Below are positions 1 to 13,868 of a stretch of DNA of 64,000 nucleotides, piece by piece (the first letter of the stretch is position 1; every line of letters starts with the position of its first letter). Position numbers and translations under genes: made by a program. This stretch comes from Octopus sinensis (lineage: Eukaryota): contig NC_042999.1 of the NCBI RefSeq assembly GCF_006345805.1, forward strand, positions 129,704,001 to 129,768,000, written 5' to 3'. The notes below the pieces were generated by a model that was given only the letters and a program-made list of their open reading frames with translations, was not told the DNA's origin and ran no database searches.

Positions 1-436
1 GACAGGTGGAGTTTGAAAAGGTACTCAGAGTTATTGTTTGTAAGATGGTTAATAATTCTATGGGTGTCTGCCAAGTCAGCTGCCAGACGTCAGAGTTTCA
101 ATGTATCCATGCCCAGGGAAGTAAGGCATTCAGAATATGGCAGATGCCTGATGGAGGGTATTCTCTTGGTTGCACATTACTGAACAGTTTCCAGATGATT
201 AATATCCTGGGCAAGATAGGGGTTCCAGACAGTGATGCAAATTCCAGGTGAGGCCACACCATAGCTATATGTAGCCTCAAATAGATAGCCAGAGAGTGGC
301 TCACAAATTGTTTGTAAGATGGTTAATAATTCTATGGGTGTCTGCCAAGTCAGCTGCCAGACGTCAGAGTTTCAATGTATCCATGCCCAAGGAAGTAAGG
401 CATTCAGAATATGGCAAATGCCTGATGGAGGGTATT
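1..436 (-). mobile_element. CR1/L2-type LINE fragment (RT C-terminal region) with an internal 130-bp duplication
   Basis: Minus-strand [17 protein letters not shown] motif (CR1-like RPHLEYA); near-identical to 50370-50670; 33-162 is repeated at 307-436. Confidence 0.8.
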
Positions 437-2210
437 AAAGCTTTCTCTGACTCATGCACACACACCGGCTATGTTCATACTACTTGTCAGTTCTCATTAT
501 CCTTTAATAAATTAAATTATTTTGTATAAAAATATCTTCTGATATTTTCATTATACATACTTCTCAAAAGTTCACTGGATCTCTCTATGAACACTTTCAC
601 TAAAGTAGTAACTTTTTACCAACTTTCACTCTATAAATTAGTGACTACTCTCACTAAACAGCTCAACAAGAAGATAACTAATTACTGAACTGCCTCTTAA
701 AATGTTGAATATTTTTAATGCGACAATGTTTATATAATGTTTATTAATATGGCAAAGTGGACATGCTTTTTTCACTCCTCAATCATGTGCTAAAGGGAAA
801 ATTCTGTTAAATATCTACATTAAAACTAAGTGAATTACTAATACTCTTAAATTCCATTCTTACAAAAAGGCCCAAATTCTTGTATAATTTGTGTATAACC
901 AAAGCCCTATGTCCTGTTTCTCTCTCAGCTCTTTTATGGGCTTTTTAGCAAAGAGGTTGTGATTAATTTCTCTTAAGAATTATCTGCTAGTGATGCAAAT
1001 GTTTTGTTCTGAACTTTGCCTCACATAGACAACATCTCAAAATCCATCAGAGGAGTTTTCTTTAAAGTGGAAGTTTGTATGGGCAGCAGCAATAATAATG
1101 TTGTTGACAATTATGATGATGCTACATAAGTTTTTCAGGAGCTAAATGCACAAACTCCTCTTGTAGCGTTTTGCCTTTTGTCAAAGTATAACTGACCTGT
1201 GGTACCATTCTTTAGGCTCAAATGTCAAATTGCATGTAACAAAAAAATTATAACATTCCAGCATCTTTGTTAATTTTCCGTTTTCATTATTTTAAACTGG
1301 AATAAGGGAGCAAGCTTACAAAATCACTGGCATGCAGAATAAAATGCTGTTAAACATTTTGTCTGTCTTTGCATTCTAGTTCAAATTCTGCTGAAGTCAA
1401 TTTTACCTTTCATCCTTTTGAAGTCAATGAAATAAGTACCCAGTTGTACACTCTGGTTGCTGTAATTGACTAACCCACTTCTCTCAAAATGCCAAGCCAT
1501 GTGCCTGTAGAAGAAAGGATTATGTTAGACGAGATTTATTAAACACAGACTTTGTTTATCACTGTTATCATATTTATGAAGTCTTAGTTTTAATCTTCTA
1601 TTATAATTCCATTGACATCTAAGTTGTTTTATTAAATTGGTCCTAGTATTTTATTGAATTCAGTTGGATGAGAGGTAAAACTGATCCTGGTAGAATTTGA
1701 TCTCAGAACATAGAAAGCTATAACTAAACACTGTGGGCACTCTGCTTGATACTCTAATGTCTCTCCCTAATCACCACCAATCTCATACGTTATATCTTTG
1801 GATCATTGCACACGCCTTACCTTCACACACTCACACACACACACATGCATGAGGAAGTAAACTGATTATATGCATACAGTTTTCTTTCATTCTCAATAAA
1901 TATAACTGTTATTAAGGCAGCAAGCTAGCAGAATTGCTAGCATGCCAGGCAAAATGCCTAGCAGCATTTCGTCTGTCTTAACATTTTGAGTTCAGATTCA
2001 TCTTTTCAGAGTCAATAAAATAAGCACCTGTTGAGTACTGGGATCAATGTAATTGACTTACCCACTCCCTTGATATTGCTGGCCTTGTGCTAAAATTTGA
2101 AATCAATAATTATATCTGTTGTTAATGTTTTCGCCATTAAGAAAGTTCATATAAATTTGTTTGCTTTTTATAAAAACAAGGATGTTATGAATTTTGATTT
2201 TCAATTTCAG

Positions 2211-2312
2211 TGCACAGAATCATCGGATTTCGACAACAGGAGATGGAACAATGGGAGGTGGGGGAGGACTTGGTAGCCATGATTATTTCCACAACACATC
2301 TGCTGATTTTAA
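2211..2312 (+). CDS. Host gene exon ([34 protein letters not shown])
   Basis: tttcag acceptor, gtgagt donor, phase 2 to phase 2, open frame. Confidence 0.8.
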
Positions 2313-5300
2313 GTGAGTTGGACCTATTGCTATTTCTTTAGACATGTTGAATTATTAAGTTATCTACAAAGATTTTAATGTAACTGATATTCAGACATTG
2401 TAAACCATAGTTTGAAAGAGAAAAAGAGCAGGACCATTGTTTAGGTGCAATCATGTATCTTTTGCTTGCAGGATACCTGCCATTCCTTCTTGGTTTTCAG
2501 TTAAAAAGTCAATGCTTAGAACTTCTCCACCAGTGCTGCACTGTATTCTTAACAGCACTAAACTATTTGTAACTCAGTGTTTTTAGTTCTAAGTAGTATA
2601 CTGATATGTGTCTACTCTAAGATGATGCAGCACTGCATAACTAATGAATGTTTTATTAATTTTGTACAACTGAGCTCAAATCCTTATGTAAACCTTAGAG
2701 AATGAAAAACCTCCTTAGTATACCTACTAAGCATAGTATTTCTTTCTTGTTACCTGAAGCATATATGTATTGTCTCTTTTCTCACTACAGTAATGTGCCT
2801 GTAACAGCACTGGAGACACTAAGCTTAAGTCACTATGCTACAAATACAAAACTTTATTTGTCACTGTTTGTGCATACATAAACTTTAATTATTACAAATA
2901 GTTTTATACAAATGTATCTACATGCACTTAAATACAACTTTCATGTTCTTGTACATTGTATTAGAAATACATTTTGATTTCATATCTTTTCAGGATTTCA
3001 GAGACAGATTTTATTGAATACTCTGAAATTGAAAACCATGATGATTTTTATGAAATTGAAGGAGAGAGAATATATATTCGAGATCAACAAGGCCTCTATA
3101 TCATTTACGATGAAGCTATTAATGATTTTAAGTTTGTACAAATACATTATTTTTTTATGATTATTTTTGATCTTAGTAATCATTGCTTATGCTTGCACCT
3201 TTGCTACATGCCTGTCTGTGACCTTTAGTCTTATGATACAAAACATCGTTTGAAAGAGTTCATACTTGAATTAGATATTCTTATTTCGTGTAATAAACTT
3301 TTGTAAAATTTTGTTTCAAACACTAGCTTAATAAAAATGTTAGTAGTGTGTGTGCATGCATCTGTGTGTGTGTGTGTGTGCATGCATCTGTGTGTGTGCA
3401 CGCATGCACACAGCATGCAAAAGAACACAAAGAGTTGTTTCTGAGTTTTTTTTTCATATACAGATACAGGAACTCTTCAGATTTTCCCCAAGAAAACGAA
3501 ATGAAATGGAATAAACTAAAATAAAATGAAGTGACATATTTACTTAGTTACAGTCTACTGCAATTCTGAACCACTATATGAAAAATCCTTAAATATAATT
3601 TTTATTTTATTTCATTCCATTTAATTTCATTCTCTTGGAAAATTTGAAGACTTTTTGCATATAGATAAGCTGAGATGAAACCCATTTCTTCTGGCTAACA
3701 TTATTATTACCAATATACTATTCTGTACACAATCATAAATGTTTTAATCATATATACATCATCATCACCATTATCATTTAACGTCTTGTTTTTTTGTCTT
3801 GAGAAAGGGACTAATGAGAGTGATGTCATTAACATTTCTCTTGAGTAGTTGTCCATGATTGCAAGGAAAACATGCAGAGAGCGATATCCTAAGGACTAAC
3901 AATCTACTGAGAAAAGACTAGTGGTTGGTACAAGATCTCATGGGGACACCACAATGCAATAAGTAAAAGTGAGTCAGGAGTTCCTGAGTAGAGCTGTCAT
4001 GAAACCAGCTGAGTTTGAGGAGTAGCTGACTCTGCATTAGTGGTAGAGAGAGAAGACTACCTCTGTCACTAAGGTTTGGAGTGTATTTGTGAGCATTTTT
4101 ATGCTAAAAAGTCAAGTAACTTTTCTTTGTGCATGATCTATGATATCTGTGTGTGCAGGAGTAGCATCATACCAGATGTGAGGGTAGTACTCCATTGTGG
4201 ATCTTATATGAGCTTTATAAGTGGTGAGTATTTTGTTGGGGGATACCCATGTGATGCCGTCTTTACTTGTTGAAAATGTGCATTGGTTAGGAAAGATCTT
4301 CCAGTGATTTTGAGACCTAATATTTGATGTAATCAAGAGTGTTCTAGTTGTATACTATTTATGTTTGGGTGAGGGTGTGATAATGTTTTCTTGATATGAG
4401 CAATGATTTTGTCATTTTGCTGTTGAATAAAACGAGATTGGCATGATTATTGGAGGACATTTTGGAGGAGTCTTTTCATGGAGATATTGCAGATTTGAGT
4501 TGAGGTGTCTTAGGTGCATACGATTAGGAAGAAATAAAGAGTGACATCATTTGAATAGCAGTAGGTGTTGTTAAAGTGACAGCAAGTGAATAAACAGAAA
4601 AAAGAGCCCAGTAGATAAAACCAAACCCCGGGAAGTAGCAGAGTTGAAAGCATGTGGATCAGATAGTACTAGATCAGCATGCTGCAATACTGTGATGACA
4701 CAAGAAACTAATGATCCAACATTTGAGAGATGAAGGAAATCCATAAAGAGAAATTCTTTTAATTGACATGGCTTAAAGCTTTGCTAATGCAGAGAGCAGC
4801 AAAGCTTTGCTGATGCTGAAAGCTGTCACCAAATTTATTGATGGTGAAAGCCTATTGGTGAATGGTGTATAAAGCAGGTCTCCAGTTGGTCTGACTTTGC
4901 GAAACACCATACTTGTAGTCATTGAGGTAAAAGAGAGATTCAAGATGTTGAGAATTTTTTTTACTAGTGGCTGTCTCTCTATCATTTTAAGATATTGGAA
5001 GTTATATGAGTTAAGTTACATGACATGAAACATAGTCTGTGACTACAGAGGACATGCAACGGCTTAAAAGAAATGGAAGATATTGGAAGAGGAATAGTTG
5101 GCAATGCCAGAGAGGTTGCTCTTTTGAGGATGGAGATATACTCATCATCATCATCATCATAATCATCATCATTTAATGTCTGTCTTCCATGCTGGGATGG
5201 TTTGACTGGAGCTGGCCAGGTAGAAGCCTGAAGCAGATGTGTGTGTCTGTTTTGGCAGGGTTTTTACAGCTGGATGTCCTTCCTAACACCAACCACCCAG

Positions 5301-5707
5301 CAGAGTGGACTGAGTGCTTTTTTTACAGGGCACAAGCACTGTAGTGCGACTTCTTCCAAATGTAGTGGGTTTTTTTTTTGTTTCTTTCTATTTTTTTTTA
5401 TGTCTGAATTCCTACAGCATAGTTTAGAGGGAATTACTTAAGGTACTTTAAGCTCCGAATTTTGGTTGCATGTGGAAATCTGGAGAAACTTGTGTAAGAG
5501 CATGGTTTCAGTCACCTCCCTAACTATTTCTCTGTGTGTGTATGTGTGTAAATATGTTTGTGTGTATGTGTGTGTGTATATGTGTGTGTACATATATGTA
5601 TGTATATGTATATATGTAGTCAGATATTTCACTTTAATACTGAAACTATTAAAGTGAAACTAATATCTCACATATATACAGGCATACATACATATATACA
5701 TACATAC

Positions 5708-5769
<62 letters not shown>

Positions 5770-5959
5770 ACGGGGAGCTTTATGAAAATAGACAAAAGAC
5801 GAAGGCAGGTGGAAAACAAACAAACAATTGTATTAGTATGGCGCTCAGGAAATATAAATAAAACAAGTCTTTAACGTTTCGAGCCTACGCTCTTCAACAG
5901 AAAGATACACAGAGAGAAAAAAAACACAGAAAGAAGGAGAGAAAAAAAATGCGTGCAGT

Positions 5960-6008
<49 letters not shown>

Positions 6009-6025
6009 TATGCATACATCTGCAC

Positions 6026-6110
<85 letters not shown>

Positions 6111-8017
6111 GAGGGATGATGTTAATTTAATTAATGTCCAATTTCTCACCCTCATTTTAAATTTATATATAGATAGATGTATATGTATAGATGCATATGT
6201 ATAGATGTATATATATATAGATATATATGTTTATATATGTATGTATATATATATATGTGTATGTGTGTATATCATCATCATCATCATCATCATCATTTAG
6301 CGTCCGCTTTCCATGCTAGCATGGGTTGGACGGGTCAACTGGGGTCTGTGAGGCTGGAAGGCTTCGTCAGGCCCAGTCAGATCTGGCAGTGTTTCTACGG
6401 CTGGATGCCCTTCCTAACGCCAACCACTCCGCGAGTGTAGTGGGTGTTTTTTACGTGTCACCTGCACAGGTGCCAGACAGAGCTGGCAAACGGCCACGAA
6501 GGGACGGTGCTTTTACATGTCACCGGCACGGGGGCCAACCGAGGCTGACAACGAACACGAACGGATGGTGCTTTTACGTGCCACCGACACGGGGCCAGAC
6601 AGAGCTGGCAAACGGCCACGAAACGGACGGTGCTTTTACGTGTCACTGGCACGGGGGCCAGCCGAGGCTGGCAACGGACGTGAACGGATGGTGCTTTTAC
6701 GTGCCACCGACACGGTTGCCAGACAGAGCTGGCAAACAGCCATGAACGGACGGTGCTTTTACGTGTCACCGGCACAGGGGCCAGCTGAGGCTGGCAACGG
6801 ACACGAACGGATGGTGCTTTTACGTGCCACCGACACGGGGCCAGTCAGAGCTGGCAAACGGCCACGAACGGACAGTGCTTTTACGTGTCACCGGCACGGG
6901 GCCAGGTGAGGCTGGCAACGAACACGAACGGATGGTGCTTTTACGTGCCACCAACACGGGGGCCAGGCAGAGCTGGCAAACGGCCCGGCACGGGTGCCAG
7001 ACGAGACTGACAGCGGACACGAACGGATGGGTCACTTAACCCCTGCTTTCTGATATATGATTTGATTTTGATTGTTCTCACTGGTCTTGCCGGGTCTTCT
7101 CACGCACAGCATACTTCCATAGGTCTCGGTCTCTGGTCATTTCCTTGGTGAGACCTAGAGTTCGAAGGTCGTGCTTCACCACCTCGACCCAGGTTTTCCT
7201 GGGTCTACCTCTTCCACAGGTCCCCTCAACTGCCAGGGTGTGGCACTTTTTCACACACCTATCTTCATCCATTCTCACCACATGACCATACCAGTGCAAT
7301 CGTCTCTCTTGCACACAACATCTGATGCCTCTTAGGTCCAACTTTTCTCTCAAGGTACTTACTCTCTGTCAACTATGAACACTGACATTACACATCCAAC
7401 GGAGCATACTAGCTTCATTTCTCGCGAGCTTACGCATGTCCTCAGCAGTCACGGCCCATGTTTCACTGCCATGTAGCATGGCTGTTCGTACACATGCATT
7501 ATACAGTCTGCCTTTTACTCTGAGCGAGAGGCCTTTAGTCTATATATATATGTATAAATATATGTATGTATATATGTGCATATATATGCGCGTACATATA
7601 TATGTATGTATATATATGTGTACATATATATGTATGCATATATATGTATATATATAGAATTATATGTAATATGTACACATAGACCCCAGTTGAACCGTCC
7701 AACCCATGCCAACATGGAAAGCAGACGCTAAACGATGATGATGATGATGATGATATACACACATATATACATGCATATATATATTTCTACATATACTTTT
7801 GACATGTAATACTGAAATAGTGTAAGAGATAAGTGATTGCTCTGGGCTCACATTAGGCAAGAAGTTGAAATTTTTTGGCCCATGATACTAGATGGACCCT
7901 AAGTAAGGCATGTTAAAAAATTTGAATGAAATCGGTTGTGTAGTTCTCGAATTTTAGGGATTCACACAGACAGACAGACAGACACACACACACACACACA
8001 CACACACACATTCTCAT

Positions 8018-8064
<47 letters not shown>

Positions 8065-8588
8065 ATTCCAGGTATTAATGCATTACAGCTGTTTCAGGCA
8101 GCTCCATTTTATCGATCAATACAAACATTACTTCAATTTGAAATAAACCTTTCTCCTTGGATGCATGCAACCCTATAGATTTGCAACATACAGGATATTC
8201 CATTATAATTTTTTAGCCAATTTTTCATCAGTACTAGGGACTAAAATGCATTGCTTCTTTTTGCTATTATTGTAGCAGAATGAATTTAGGGAAAGAATAC
8301 CTAAAGCCTACTATAATTTAGAGTGGCAGAAGGAAATAATGGGGGTCAATAAAGAGGAATGTTGATATAGCTACATTCATTTTTATCCTTATCACATTCA
8401 ACAGACCCAATGCAGCATTGGGTCTGCATTGATCGATTAAATTGAGCCACTTGAAACAGCTGTAATGCACTAATACCTGGACATCCTTGTTACTTATTTG
8501 CTTTTTATTCACCTAACTTTGAGCTGTGCAGACAATACTGGACAGACTTGGTGCCTCAACCTAAGTACCTAATTCGACTAAATCTTAA

Positions 8589-8626
<38 letters not shown>

Positions 8627-11600
8627 GACAGGCTTCTTTCAGTTTCTGTCTACCAAATCCACTCACAAGGCTTTCCTTGGCTTGAAGCTATAGTAGAAGA
8701 CACTTGCCTAAGGTGCCACGCAGTGAGACTGAATCTGGAACCATGTGATTGGGAAGCAAACTTCTTACCACACAGTCATACCTGCACCTATAAAATTGGT
8801 GAGATTTGATCTCAGATAGAAGAGGGTAGAATAAATACTGTAAAGTATTTATTCTAACTCTCTAATGATTCTGCCATTCTACCAACCATTGTATGTTGAA
8901 ATTGATTTTATCTTGGGAGGGTCATTTTGCCAATAATCAACATATGCACTGATTCTGTTTTAATTTAATTTCAACATTTAGCCAATTAATTAATTGATAC
9001 TTTGAGAAATATAAGTAGTAAAGGAAAACATTTTAAAGTCAAAATAAATTCTTTCTTTTACAGGCAACTGGAAGAAGATCTATTGCTTTTGGCTTCTTTC
9101 TACATTGAGAATGATAAAAGCATCAGAAGCCAATTTGTTGACGGCAAGAAATATTCTAATACTGATAGTGACACGGTCTCTAAATATTTTATGATATTTA
9201 ATATGCATTAGCAAATTTGTTAATTTCATGCCATATATTTTTTAGCCTTTGTTCTCAGTTTGTATGAGTGAGAGGGTTTACAAGAACTGTACTTTTACAT
9301 AGTGTCTGAGTATTTTTTTTTTACAACTGAAAGTATTTCCATAAGTTAGAAATATAGTTAAAGAGGGAAATGATAAAACATAATATGCTGACCAAAATGA
9401 AAGAGAGGACAAAAGTACATCGCTTAGTAATATTGATTTCAAGTTTTGGCATGAGGCAAGCAATTTCAGGGGAGGGGACAAGTCGATTACACCTGCCCCA
9501 GTATTCAACTGGTACTTATTTTATCAACTCTGAAAGGATGAAGGGTTAAGTTAACCCTGGCAGAATTTTAACTCAGAACATAAAGAGAGACGAAATACCA
9601 CTAAGCATTTCCATGGCATGTTAATGATTCTGCCATTTTGCCACCTTACACCTCTTAGCAAAATTGCCAGAATTTTTTAAAAACCTACTATACAGTGAAT
9701 ATCTGGTCAGTTGTACTGCATCCAGGATGAAATCCGTCGACTTGACAATGTCCCTACATTTCTTTTTTAATCAAATAATATAGACTTTCCTGGAGAGGTT
9801 CAACAAGGATGTTTGCATTCAGGTAAATGGTACTTAGTTGAAACCTTTCAACATGGATGCTGGACTTCAGAAGAGATGTGTATTGCCACCCCACCTTTTC
9901 ATATTTTTTTTTAACTGGATTGACATGTGCAGCTGTTTGTGGAAGTGATAGCACAATCAGTGGGTAAAGAATTGGTTGGTTGATATTTGCAGACAACATG
10001 GTGCTTTTTGACTCATCAGAAGATAATCTTTAGCATACACTGAATGGGTTTGCTGTCAAGTGCGGCAAAGTAGGAATGAGAATTAGTGTTGTGATGACTA
10101 AAACATTAGTCCTCTGAAGAACAACTTCCCAGTGCACTCTGCATGTTAGTGGAAGATCACTGAAGCAAATGGAGAAGTTTAAGCATCTTGGGGGCTGTAT
10201 TTACAAGTGATGGGAAGCAGGAGGATGAATTGGATGCTAAAATTGCAGATGCTAGCACAGTAATGCACCACCTCCATCATTCAATCCTCAGAAGAGAAAA
10301 GGTTGATAAAAAGTCCAAACTTGCTCTCTTTAATTCAGTTTTTGTGCCTATTCTCACCTATGGTCATGATTATTGGGTAATGACCAAAAGAATATTTTAT
10401 TAATACAGATGGTTGAAATGGGGTTTCACTGAAGAAGCTTTGGTGTGACATTACTTGACAGGATGCATAGCCCAGTGATCAGGGTGTCTTTCCAGATTGA
10501 GCTGTTACTTTTCCTCATAGAAAGGTCGCTTTTTCAATATTATGAACAGGTGATAAGAATGACAGAAGAATTTCGCTAAATTTAATATTATATAATTATA
10601 TTATTGCTCTATTGTTTTGAAAAAAAACATTTCCTGAGAAAATTAAAAATTCTTTTTCTTTATTTATCAGTTGATACCAGAAAATTTTGATATTCCTCAA
10701 TATGCTCTTATGCATATTGACAGATTTGGAATTCTCCTGGATTTATGGACTCAAGAAGCTGCCTTTCAAAATTGTAAACGAAATGTTAGTATAAATTCTT
10801 ATTAATAGCATCTTATATAGACTCACAGTCCAGCTTTGTGATAAACTGTTAAACTTTTAATGTATGGGTATTAGATATTATAAGCACCAATTTGAGACAG
10901 AAAGGGAACAGGTTCAATGAAAAATATCTAAACCATATATCTATTGCTTGCTGAGCATTATTTTTCCATCCTAAATTAGCGCTTATAATGTTTAATAGCA
11001 ATTCGAAATTTGATTGCAAACATAGGATACTTTGCTACATTGGACATTAAGTAGTTTATCCTACCAACTCTAATGGGCTGACAAATTATTTGTAGAGAGA
11101 AAATAGAGCAGTTAAAATAGAAGAAACAGTTGTTAACAGTTTGGGAAGATGAAATGCAGAGTGTTCTTTAGTCATGTAATTGTCTGCATTTCATCTAGGC
11201 TAACTCTTTCCCTAATTAGTTGGGCTATGACTCTCCATAACTTTCATCACCTTATCCAACAATTTGATACCTCTGTAATTATTTCTATCTAAGGCATCAC
11301 CTTTGCCTTTTTAATAGTTGACTACACCAGTCATTGGGTATGACTCCTTTGGGAACCACCTGATTTACAATATGGGTGACTAGACATAACCCACACACAT
11401 ATATAAAGTAGTTACATGAGTTAAGTTACATGACATGAAACATAGTCTGTGACTAAAGAGGACATGCAAAGGCTTAAAAGAAATGAAGCCAGCATGTTCT
11501 GCTGGATGGGTAATGTCAGGGCACATGTACAGCAGGGTGTAAATGATTTAAGAGAAAATTGGGTACAAGTGGCATCAGTTGTAGCATACAAGAGAAAAGA

Positions 11601-13836
11601 GTATGCTGGTATGGTTATGTGATGCATATGGATGAAGACAACTGTATAAAGAAGTGTAATCTCTAATTGTGGAGAGAACATGTGGAAGGGGTAGACCCAG
11701 GAAGACATGGGACAAAGTAGTGAGAAAGGATCTTCAAATATTGGGCCTCATGGAGGAGATGACAAGGGACTGAGACTCCTGCCGGTTTGCTGTGCTTGGA
11801 GAAGACACGTCAAGCTAAGTAATACTATGGCCATCCATACATACAGGTGTATCTTGTACATCACTCTCATGCAAAAGTTCCTCCCTTTGAGGACTCATGG
11901 GTGCTGGTATCATGTAAAAAGCACTCATGCTGGTGCCATGTAAAAAGCATCCAGTACACTTGTGAAGTGGTTGGCATTAGGAAGGGCATCCAGCCATAGA
12001 AGCTATGCTAAAATAGACAATTGGAACCAGGACAGCACAGCTCCCCAGCCAGTCAGTTCCTGTCAAGCCATCCAGCTCATGCCAGCATGGAAAGCAAATA
12101 TTATGTGATGATGATGATTCTCTTGAAGGATCAGCTGATGTTCATGTATTTTACCAAATAAATCTTAAATACTTTGCTCATAGTGATAAAATTCTCTTGA
12201 TTATTTAACCTGGATTTTAATTTCAGTGTCTAATTTTGTGAGCTAGCCTTTTAATGTACTAAAGTTGTGGCTTTATTAAATATTTATTTTCTTATTAATT
12301 ATGTGATAAATATATGACTCATAAATGTAATTATGTATGTTTTACATATTAAATTCACTTCCATATATTTTTGCAGTTGATTAGGTGTTATTTTGAAGCC
12401 TACTGCAATGTCTTTGATCGAGATGAGAAGCGACTTCTTGCTCAGACAATTACCAATATTATGTTTCAAAGACCACGTTACATGTTTAAACGATGTGACT
12501 ATTTCATCCAAATTTACTACTCTGAGTGTGTAAATCTTCAGCTCCATATAGATCTTGTTCAAGCAATTCTTAACCAGCAAGTAAGTTTCTCAAAAGAAAT
12601 AATTTTTTGCAAAAAAAAAGGGATTTATTTATGTATATGATTGTTTTCCTAAAAAAAATATTGAATTTTGTTATGGATGTAATGGTTTTTGTAATTCTTT
12701 GAGTTTTAACAAACAGACCTTATCAAAGACCTTACATACAAGATTATTCTGTGGTTAGTCTTGGTACTTGGTTGTGTATCACAAAGCCCAGTACAACAAG
12801 CAAATTAGAGTTCAGTCTAGTCTAGTATACAACATCTTTATCTTCTATCTTTTATCGTTTACTTGTTCCAATCATTAGACTGCAGCCATGCTGGGGCACT
12901 GCCTTGAAGAATTTTTAGCTGAACGAATTGACCCCTGTTCTTATTGTTTTTAAGCTTGGTACTTATTCTAATGTCCAGAAATTATTTCATTTTTGCTGTA
13001 ACAGCAAAGTATTGCAGCCAAACTTATGGCACCAGGTGGAAGTTCATTGTTATTAACAATGGACTTGTTATTAATATTGTTATTACTAGGCTGGCGAATT
13101 AGCAGAATCATTAGCATAGCATGCCAGACAAAATGCTTAGTGGTATTTCTTCTGGCTTTATGTTCTGATTTCAAATTCCACCAAGGTTGCCTTCACCTTT
13201 CATCCTTTTGGGATCAATAAAATAAGTACTATTTGAGCTCTGGGGTAGATGTAATCAACTAGTCTCTCCCACAAAACTTCAGGCCTTGTGCCTATAGTAG
13301 AAATAATAATTATTTTTAGTATTATTGTTATTATCAAAGTTCATTGCATCATCAAGCAATATCATTGTCATATCATACTAAGTTTATCCAAGTAAAACTG
13401 TAGTTGTGGGCAGTCTTTCACATTCAGCAACTTTATTCAACTGAATAGCCAAACCCTGGCATTGAACAACTGGTAATCACCTTAAATAATCTTCACCAAT
13501 ACGTAAAGCACATGCAATACTCCAACAATATTAGCATAACAATGACATCACAGAAACCTGAATCATTAATTCTCTGCAATATACAGTATTCTGTTGATCT
13601 TTTATCTTTAACTTGTTTCAATCACTTGACTGTGGCCATGCTGAGGCATCGCCTTGAAGGGTTTTAGTCAAACAAATTAGACCCTAGGACTTATTTTTTT
13701 GAAGCCTAGTATTTATTCTATTGTTCTCTTTTGCCAAACCACTAAGTTATAGAGGTTGTAAACACACTACCACCAATTGTCAAGCAGTGGTGATGGACAA
13801 ATGCAGACATGCATGTGCACACATGCACACACACAG

Positions 13837-13868
<32 letters not shown>

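Noticed and set aside
920-1000. Possible upstream exon after ctctctcag
   Set aside because: All three frames stop within about 50 nt and no convincing donor or homology was seen
5438-6440. ORFs rich in YI/HT/CV dipeptides (also 7436-8178, 20023-20375)
   Set aside because: Translations of TA/CA/TG microsatellites
6444-7030. Repeat-spacer pattern resembling a CRISPR array
   Set aside because: Spacers are alternating related sequences, the array lies in an RTE 3' UTR, the context is eukaryotic and there are no cas genes
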